Under the pieces are notes generated by a model, which worked only from the letters and a program-made list of their open reading frames with translations, ran no database searches and had not been told where the DNA came from. A program made the position numbers and the translations under genes. Below are positions 46,733-53,010 of a DNA stretch of 53,010 nucleotides, piece by piece. The first letter of the stretch is position 1; every line of letters begins with the position of its first letter. Source of the stretch: a virus (lineage: Duplodnaviria > Caudoviricetes); IMG/VR virus record IMGVR_UViG_3300034631_000008, positions 1 through 53,010 of that record; one strand, given 5' to 3'.

Positions 46733-47140
46733 ATGACGAAGGCGAAATCCGCGAAAGCCCGCAAGCAGCATCACGAAGCATCGAAGCCGGAAGAGGCCCC
46801 GATAGTCGCGCTCAAGGTGGGCGACTGGCAGTTCCCCGCCTTTGACGGGCTGTCCGCAGCCTTCGGCGCAGATGGCCGTGACTACCCGCCGATGGATCGC
46901 ATCCCCGACGAGTTCATGCGCGGTCACACGCCCTTCAACAAGGTCGTCTCCACGCTGTTCTTCAAGGGCGGCTCGCTTGCTGATTTCAGTCTGCAGTTCA
47001 AGCCGGACATCGACCGCCGGTCAGCGATGACTGCGATCCGCGCCCTCCTCTGTTCCTTCGCCCCGAAGCACGAAGTCAAGGAAGCCACCGTCGCTTGGTG
47101 CCTCTCCGAATGGACCGTGCCGACCGACCTCCCCGCCTGA
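46733..47140 (+). CDS. Hypothetical phage protein
   Basis: GGAG RBS; LFFKGG, SFAPKHE.K. Confidence 0.7.
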   Translation: MTKAKSAKARKQHHEASKPEEAPIVALKVGDWQFPAFDGLSAAFGADGRDYPPMDRIPDEFMRGHTPFNKVVSTLFFKGGSLADFSLQFKPDIDRRSAMTAIRALLCSFAPKHEVKEATVAWCLSEWTVPTDLPA

Positions 47141-47175
47141 TCCCATCCCCAACGACGAAGCGCAAAGAGGCAGAG

Positions 47176-47559
47176 ATGACCAACCGACTCTCCGACGCCA
47201 CGCTGTACGCCCTAGCCGATCCTGTTGAAGTCGAAGGCTACGACGCCCCGCTTCAGCCGTTCACTGCGGCTCGTGCCCGACTGGACGATTTCGACGTGAT
47301 CCGCGAGACGGCCCGCGCCCTCAAGCTGCCGCCGCTCAATGCCCACCAGGAAGACGCGATCATCGAAGCTGTCGGGCCTGCCGATGGCGTTGACGATGAT
47401 GTCCGGCGCGTTCGGATCGTTCGCGAAACCCTCGCCGAGTTCGGCGTCGATACCGACCGCTGCACCGCCGTCTATTCCAAGGTCTACGGCCGGTGCAAGC
47501 GCATCGCGATGGACGTGGACCGGGCGCACCGGGGCGCGTTCTCGGAGGCGAGGGTATGA
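47176..47559 (+). CDS. Hypothetical protein
   Basis: GAGG RBS; ATGA overlap with next gene. Confidence 0.7.
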   Translation: MTNRLSDATLYALADPVEVEGYDAPLQPFTAARARLDDFDVIRETARALKLPPLNAHQEDAIIEAVGPADGVDDDVRRVRIVRETLAEFGVDTDRCTAVYSKVYGRCKRIAMDVDRAHRGAFSEARV

Positions 47560-48506
47560 CGGCGGAACAGGTCTGGACCGGCAAGCCAATCAGCAAGCCC
47601 GGCATCTATCGGGGCATCGGATTGTCCGAATACCACGAGAAGGCGGACCTGTTCGACGGCCCGTCGATCTCCAAGAGCTCGCTGAAGCACCTTCTGCCGT
47701 CGCATGGCGGCAGCCCGAAAGCCTTCTGGGGCCGGTGGCGGCACAACCCCGAGCACATCGCACAGAAGTCGACCGATGCGCTGAATTTCGGCAAGGCGGC
47801 GCACTGCCTGCTGCTCGGCGACGAGGTCTTCGACGACAGCTTCGTCATCCGCCCGGACGAGTATCCGGACGCGAAGACGGGCGAGATGAAGCCGTGGAAC
47901 GGCAACGCCGGTTGGTGCAAGGGCTGGCTCGCAGATCATGCGGGTAAGACGATCGTCACCGCCGACCAGATGACCATGATCCGCAAGATGCGGGACGACG
48001 CCGCGCGCTATCCGCTGGTGCAACAAGGCCTGCTCAATGGCGCCGTCGAGCGCACGATGGCCTGCAAGGATTCTGAGACCGGCATCTGGCTGAAGGTCCG
48101 GCCCGACGTCATCCCGGCGGCCGACGGTGTCTATGCGGACCTCAAGACCACGGCCGACCTGAGCGAGGACTTCCTCGAGCGCCAGGCTTTCGACGCCTGC
48201 TACTACCTGCAGGGCGCGATGATCCGCATGGTGTGCCGAGAGCTCAAGCTGCCGTTCACGACCTTCGCCCTGCTCTACGTCCTGAAGGACGAGATCCCCG
48301 ATACCGCGCACGTTGAACTGTCGGAGCACGAGCTCGACCGCGGCGAGCGGGAAATCCGCTGGGCTCTGACCACGATCCGCAAGTGCCTCGACGCTGGCGA
48401 ATGGCCCGGCGCGCGGCCGTTCAAGGGCGGCGAGCAACACCTGCAGCTCAAAAATTGGCACAAGACCAAGATCGACGACTTCCTCGAAATGGAGCAGGCA
48501 GCATGA
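47556..48506 (+). CDS. recE: RecE-like exonuclease VIII (PD-(D/E)XK)
   Basis: YH.....ISKS.LK, FG.A.H..LL, K.RPD, DLKT, Y.LQ. Confidence 0.88.
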   Translation: MTAEQVWTGKPISKPGIYRGIGLSEYHEKADLFDGPSISKSSLKHLLPSHGGSPKAFWGRWRHNPEHIAQKSTDALNFGKAAHCLLLGDEVFDDSFVIRPDEYPDAKTGEMKPWNGNAGWCKGWLADHAGKTIVTADQMTMIRKMRDDAARYPLVQQGLLNGAVERTMACKDSETGIWLKVRPDVIPAADGVYADLKTTADLSEDFLERQAFDACYYLQGAMIRMVCRELKLPFTTFALLYVLKDEIPDTAHVELSEHELDRGEREIRWALTTIRKCLDAGEWPGARPFKGGEQHLQLKNWHKTKIDDFLEMEQAA

Positions 48507-49771
48507 ACCAGATCGCCCCCATTGATCGCCTGCCGCAGGCCTTCCGTGACGACGTGCACGCGATGGAGCCGCAGTTCGTCGCCGCGCTCCCGCCTCAGAT
48601 CCCCGTCGAGCGCTTCATGCGCGTCGTGATGACCGCGGTGAACAGCGACCCGGACCTTCTCCGCGCCGACAAGCACAGCTTGTTCGAAGCCGCCGTCAAG
48701 GCAGCGCAGGACGGCCTCCTGCCCGACAAGCGAGACGGCGCCTTCGTCATCTTCTCCGGCAAGGTCCAGTGGATGCCCATGGTTGGCGGCATCCTGAAGA
48801 AGGTGCGCAACTCCGGCGAGTTGAAGAGCATCGCCGCGCACGTCGTCTACTCCGGCGACCAGTTCACCTACGAGCTCGGCGACGAGGAGCGGATCGAGCA
48901 TCGCCCCAACCTTTTCGGCGATCGCGGCGAGCCCATCGCCGTCTATGCCGTGGCGCACACCAAGGACGGCGGCATCTATCGCGAGATCATGTCGACGAAG
49001 GATGTCGAAAAGGTTCGGTCGGTCTCGAAAGCGAGGAACGGCGGGCCTTGGAAGGAGTGGTGGGACGAGATGGCCCGGAAGACGGTCATCCGCCGGCTCG
49101 CCAAGCGGCTTCCGATGTCCAGCGACCTCGACGACATCATCCGCCGCGACGACGAGATGTACGACCTGAACCGCCGGGAAGCCGACGTCGAGCGGCTACC
49201 GTTGTCGGCGCGCCTCGCCGCATCGGCGCAGCACAGCATCACGGATGCGACGGAGGGCTTCAGGCACTCGGTCATCGACGGAGAGCTTCGCGGCGCTACT
49301 GAGGCTCCTGCGGGCGAGAATGGCGCGGATGAAGGCGAACAGCCGGGCCAGCAGGAGGATGTGAGCGAGGTTGAAGTCGCGCAGACGAGCCGAGAGAGCG
49401 AGACTCCCGTCGCGCCGCCGGCTGACGAGAGCGAGACCGGCGACGTTGACCCCGCCGACGAGCGCGAGGAGCCGACCGTCTCGGAAGCCGACCGCAAAAC
49501 TCTGGCACGGTACGCGCAGGACATGTTTGGCAAGGCGATCGGGGAAGGCATCCCAGAGAAGCGCGAGGCCGACATCCTGAAGGGATCGAAGGTCTGGGCC
49601 GCAGACATCGGTAAGATGTCCGACGAGGCGAAGGAGATGGCCCGCGCGATCATGCGGTCAGCGAAGGCCGTGAACTCGGGTGACACGAGCGTCGAGAGTG
49701 CGGCCGATTATTTCGCGGGCGTTCTCGACGTGCCGATGGAGTCGATCATGCCGGCGCGGGATGTCGCGTGA
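48503..49771 (+). CDS. recT: RecT recombinase with long C-terminal extension
   Basis: LP..I..ERF.R, AA..GL.PD, PW..W.DEMA.KTV.RRL.K.LP.S. Confidence 0.9.
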   Translation: MNQIAPIDRLPQAFRDDVHAMEPQFVAALPPQIPVERFMRVVMTAVNSDPDLLRADKHSLFEAAVKAAQDGLLPDKRDGAFVIFSGKVQWMPMVGGILKKVRNSGELKSIAAHVVYSGDQFTYELGDEERIEHRPNLFGDRGEPIAVYAVAHTKDGGIYREIMSTKDVEKVRSVSKARNGGPWKEWWDEMARKTVIRRLAKRLPMSSDLDDIIRRDDEMYDLNRREADVERLPLSARLAASAQHSITDATEGFRHSVIDGELRGATEAPAGENGADEGEQPGQQEDVSEVEVAQTSRESETPVAPPADESETGDVDPADEREEPTVSEADRKTLARYAQDMFGKAIGEGIPEKREADILKGSKVWAADIGKMSDEAKEMARAIMRSAKAVNSGDTSVESAADYFAGVLDVPMESIMPARDVA

Positions 49772-50166
49772 TGCCTCGCCGCGAGTTCACGAAGCAGACG
49801 AAGCGCGACGCTCTGCGCCGGTCCGGCCTCCGATGCGAGAGCATCGGAGAATGGTACGGCCACGCCCCTGGCCACCGCTGCAACGCGGATCTCAGCAAGG
49901 GCGTCCAGTACGATCACATCGACCTCGATGCGAACAGCAAGGACAACAGCCTGGGGAACTGCGCTGCGGTCTGCATCGCATGTCATCGCTGGAAGACGGC
50001 GAAGGTGGACGTTCCGAAGGCCGCGAAGACGCTCCGCCAGCAGGACAAAGACCACGGCATCGAGGGTCGGAAGCAGCCGATCCCCAGCCGCAACACCCTT
50101 CAGCGAGGCAAGCGAGCGTCCAAGCCGCCGCTGCCCCCACGCGCACTCTTTGGGGCAAGGTCATGA
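49771..50166 (+). CDS. HNH endonuclease (NinG-like)
   Basis: RREF, YDHI, N...NC...C..CH..KT. Confidence 0.85.
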   Translation: MPRREFTKQTKRDALRRSGLRCESIGEWYGHAPGHRCNADLSKGVQYDHIDLDANSKDNSLGNCAAVCIACHRWKTAKVDVPKAAKTLRQQDKDHGIEGRKQPIPSRNTLQRGKRASKPPLPPRALFGARS

Positions 50167-50669
50167 CCCAGGCGACGGACACGATGAAGACGGTACGGGA
50201 GGCGAAAGCTTGGGAGTGCGAAGACTGGCCGGACTGGCTGCATTCGGTGGTAGAGGAAACCAACACGGTCGCCGACGAGATGGATATGAGTGCGGAACAA
50301 GCGCACGCCTATGCTGCCCTCGCCGCTATCGACGCAATGAGCGCGGGGGAGACGGTGGCGTGGCGCTGGAAATACGATGACGATGGGGTCTGGTTCGTTC
50401 AGGATTACGAGCCGAAGTTCTCCCTAAGCATGCGAAATATCACAGTCGAGCCGCTGTTCGCCGCCCCTCCCGCAGACACTACCGCGCTGGGGGTGGAGGT
50501 TGAGCGCTGGCACAGCGCATACAGCATTGCCGTTGATCAGGCACAGGAGAATGGAGCCCGAGCCGACGCAGCCGAGGCGGCTTTGCGAGTTATCGCAGAG
50601 GGGGAAGTCGGCATTCACGGATATAGAGCGTTTGCCCGCGCCACCCTCGCCCGGAGCACAACCCGATGA
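50163..50669 (+). CDS. Hypothetical protein
   Basis: ATGA overlaps; VAWRW...EPLFAAP. Confidence 0.7.
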   Translation: MTQATDTMKTVREAKAWECEDWPDWLHSVVEETNTVADEMDMSAEQAHAYAALAAIDAMSAGETVAWRWKYDDDGVWFVQDYEPKFSLSMRNITVEPLFAAPPADTTALGVEVERWHSAYSIAVDQAQENGARADAAEAALRVIAEGEVGIHGYRAFARATLARSTTR

Positions 50670-51196
50670 GCGCCAACAACCGGGAGCAGGTGCCGGACGA
50701 TGTGCGGAAGCTGGCGATGGAGGCGGCCAACGATCTGCACCCATTCGTCCATGTTTCAGACAGAACTATAAGCATCATTCACCGCGCCATCCTCGCCGAC
50801 CGCGCCACCCGGCCAGCCGAGCCCGCGCCTGACGTGGCGGACCTGATCGAGCGGCTGACGCGACAGAACGTGTGTCGGCGCTGCGACTGCATTTCATGCG
50901 AGCGCGATGGTGCCGGCGAGCTTCACGATCATGTCTGCACCGATGGCGAAGGGTGCGTCGAGACGCGGGAGAAGCTTCGCAAGCGTGTTCAGGCGCTCCG
51001 CTACCTCTGCAACGAAGCTGGACGCGCCCTCGCCAGCCTTCAAGCGGATCGGGTGGCGGTGGTGGAGGAATGCGTGCGCCTTCTCCGCTCGTTCCTCGTG
51101 AATGACACCTCCGTCAACATGCGTCTCATTGACGAGATTTCCGAAGCCATCCGCGCCCTCGCCGCCAATCCGGCCGGGCCAAAGAGGGAGGGGTAG
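50666..51196 (+). CDS. Hypothetical Cys-rich protein
   Basis: ATGA overlap; AIRAL C-terminus. Confidence 0.65.
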   Translation: MSANNREQVPDDVRKLAMEAANDLHPFVHVSDRTISIIHRAILADRATRPAEPAPDVADLIERLTRQNVCRRCDCISCERDGAGELHDHVCTDGEGCVETREKLRKRVQALRYLCNEAGRALASLQADRVAVVEECVRLLRSFLVNDTSVNMRLIDEISEAIRALAANPAGPKREG

Positions 51197-51199
51197 GAG

Positions 51200-51364
51200 A
51201 TGGCGCCCCTAGCACATCCCACGCACCAGATGGACACGCGCCTAATTCCGTCCCGTTGCGCTCTCTGTCTCGCGACATCGAGTGACCCTATGACGCTCGC
51301 GTTTCCCTGCATTAACGCAGAAGTCCCTGACGAGGACGATGACACTGACGAGGCCAATCAATGA
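51200..51364 (+). CDS. 54-aa hypothetical protein (absent from ORF track)
   Basis: MAPLAHP...RCALC...EANQ; RBS; ATGA overlap. Confidence 0.45.
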   Translation: MAPLAHPTHQMDTRLIPSRCALCLATSSDPMTLAFPCINAEVPDEDDDTDEANQ

Positions 51365-51507
51365 CCCGCCTCAGCTTGTGGATAGCCATCCGCCTCGACG
51401 CCCTCGGCTTCATTCGTCAGCGCGAGATGGAGCACCAGCGCACCGTAGCGCGGTATAACGCCGCCCTCGCGCAGCTCCGCCGGTACGAGGCAGGGGAGCG
51501 GGTGTGA
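51361..51507 (+). CDS. 48-aa hypothetical protein (absent from ORF track)
   Basis: MTRLSLW...GERV; TGATG coupling to next ORF. Confidence 0.5.
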   Translation: MTRLSLWIAIRLDALGFIRQREMEHQRTVARYNAALAQLRRYEAGERV

Positions 51508-51860
51508 TGGAGACGGTTCTTGACCGCGCCATCTCGCCGGCCGAGGCTGTGGAAAAGCTGTGCGCTCGCGGTGTGAAAATCACCGAGCGCTCTCTCCGCG
51601 AGAAGGCCCGGCAGATCGGCGCTTATCGTAAGGTCGGCCGGGAAGTCTTCTTCCTGCCGGAGGACCTTGAGAAGATCGTGGAACCAGCATGCTCGAACCG
51701 AAGCGCCGTCCGAAAAGCCCGTACTGGGTCCTCCGCGGGACCATCGACGGCAAGCGCGTCGAAGTCAGCCGGAAATGGACAACCGCGGCCGCCGCGCGCC
51801 GCGCCCTCCCCGGCGTCATCGCCGAGCTATCCGCCGATCCGGTTGGTGAACAAGGTCTGA
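51507..51860 (+). CDS. Excisionase-like HTH protein
   Basis: SP.EA...ER.LR..AR..G...KVGR...F; overlaps integrase start. Confidence 0.7.
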   Translation: METVLDRAISPAEAVEKLCARGVKITERSLREKARQIGAYRKVGREVFFLPEDLEKIVEPACSNRSAVRKARTGSSAGPSTASASKSAGNGQPRPPRAAPSPASSPSYPPIRLVNKV

Positions 51861-52741
51861 CATTCCGCCAGGCTGCGGCGACCTACGTCACACTGCACCC
51901 GAACGCCCGGTTCATAGGCCCGCTGCTGCGCTACTTCGGCGAGATCCTGGTCGCAGACATTACCAACGCCGAGATGCGCCGCGCCGCGAACTCCATCTAT
52001 CCGAAGGCGGCCCCGGCCACGATCCGGCGGCAGCTCTACACCCCGGTCAAGGCGATCCTGAACCTCGCCGCCGAGGACGATCTCTGCACCGTCCCGAAGA
52101 TGCGCGCGCCCGCCGGCGGCAATAAGCGCACCGTGTTCTTCCTGCCCGAGCAGGCCAACGCGCTGATCACCGAACTCGGCCGCGATCCCAACGGTTTCCT
52201 CGCCCCGATGGTGACGTTCCTGTTCGGCCAGGGCTGCCGGATGAGCGAGGCGATCACGCTGGACGGGATGGACGTCTCGCTCGAGCATCGCTTCGCCATC
52301 CTGCGGGACACGAAGAACGGCGAGGAACGGCGCGTCTCGCTGATCCCGCGCGTCGTGGCCGCGCTGTCGACCCTTCCGACGATCGGCCAGCCAGGCCCGG
52401 TGTTCCGCCGCAGCGATGGTCTCGGCTTCCGCTATGGCAAGGCGAGCGGCGGGCAGATCAAGAAGGCCTTCGACCGCGCCCTGAAACCTGCTGAGCTCGA
52501 CCCTTCCCGCTACACCCCGCACGTCTGCCGGCACTCGTGGGCAACCTGGTTTCATGCCCAAACGAAGGACGTTCGCCGACTGCAGGACGAAGGCGGGTGG
52601 AAGTCGGGGGAATGGCAGCGCTACACGAAAATCGGCACGCCGACGCTAGGGACCGACGCGCTGCGCAAGGGCTGGGATTTCCGGGAAGTGGGGGAAAATC
52701 GGGGGAATGGCGAGGTCGAGGCATATGCTTCAAGTGCTTAG
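51689..52741 (+). CDS. int: Tyrosine integrase
   Basis: GCRMSE, TKNG, HVCRH, GGW, RY catalytic set; ends 9 bp before att. Confidence 0.95.
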   Translation: MLEPKRRPKSPYWVLRGTIDGKRVEVSRKWTTAAAARRALPGVIAELSADPVGEQGLTFRQAAATYVTLHPNARFIGPLLRYFGEILVADITNAEMRRAANSIYPKAAPATIRRQLYTPVKAILNLAAEDDLCTVPKMRAPAGGNKRTVFFLPEQANALITELGRDPNGFLAPMVTFLFGQGCRMSEAITLDGMDVSLEHRFAILRDTKNGEERRVSLIPRVVAALSTLPTIGQPGPVFRRSDGLGFRYGKASGGQIKKAFDRALKPAELDPSRYTPHVCRHSWATWFHAQTKDVRRLQDEGGWKSGEWQRYTKIGTPTLGTDALRKGWDFREVGENRGNGEVEAYASSA

Positions 52742-52750
52742 CACCAGTTC

Positions 52751-52815
52751 CGCTCCCCTGCTAAGGGAGTATACCAGAGATGGTATCGAGGGTTCGAATC
52801 CCTTCCTCTCCGCCA
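52751..52815 (+). repeat. att core, right copy
   Basis: Identical to 61-125; lacks tRNA 5' part. Confidence 0.96.
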
Positions 52816-52824
52816 TCCCGCATA

Positions 52825-52884
52825 TGTCCGGCCCGGACACATAGGTAAACGAACGTACCTAAGACATGGGTGACAACCTCGTGC
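52825..52884 (-). mobile_element. IS481-family terminal remnant
   Basis: Minus strand encodes TRLSPMS* followed by repeats (TCACCCATGT, TTACCTATGT) ending CCGGACA. Confidence 0.6.
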
Positions 52885-52885
52885 G

Positions 52886-53010
52886 GAACTGGTCGCAGAA
52901 ATCGAGTATCGAGGCTGGACAGGCGACGGCAAGCTCCGCCATGCCTCCTTCAAGGGCCTGCGCGAGGCGGCCGATCACGCGAATATCCTTCTCCTGCCGG
53001 TGGACGGGGA
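52886..53010 (+). pseudogene. ligD: C-terminal OB-fold fragment of LigD-type DNA ligase
   Basis: ELVAEIEYRGWTGDGKLRHASFKGLRE with 5' part replaced by IS end. Confidence 0.75.

Larger units (their letters stand above)
61..52815. mobile_element. Complete temperate prophage (contractile tail) integrated in tRNA-Ser
   Basis: 65-bp terminal direct repeat, integrase next to right repeat, full head/tail/lysis/immunity/recombination modules. Confidence 0.96.

Noticed and set aside
52751-52815. Second tRNA-Ser
   Set aside because: Lacks 5' acceptor strand and D arm; it is the att duplicate

Overview
Almost the whole window is one apparently intact ~52.7 kb temperate prophage with a contractile (myovirus-type) tail, in a GC-rich host that looks alphaproteobacterial. 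It is integrated in a tRNA-Ser(GCT) gene (36-125) and bounded by a 65-bp direct repeat (61-125 = 52751-52815). Order: accessory end (thermonuclease, small ORFs, RhuM, SRAP); minus-strand lysis, tail/baseplate, head, portal and terminase genes; late regulator; replication/modification genes (divergent DnaB, RuvC-like, DNA MTase, PAPS-reductase-like); cro/cI switch with GTGC-N5-GCAC operators; an accessory locus between cI and pL; plus-strand early operon (RecE/RecT, HNH, Xis, integrase). Beyond attR lie an IS481-like end and a ligD fragment. Best candidates for new biology: (1) the cI-pL locus, holding a catalytically degenerate stand-alone S24 domain, a convergent TcmP/DUF5131 pair and a ~400-nt structured minus-strand RNA with its own promoter; (2) an Acb1-like 2H phosphodiesterase fused to the portal through a possible head-protease site; (3) a second structured RNA after the late regulator; (4) a PLA2-like ORF before the endolysin; (5) antisense morons sharing stop codons with late genes. 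Family calls come from motif recognition and synteny only; no searches were run.
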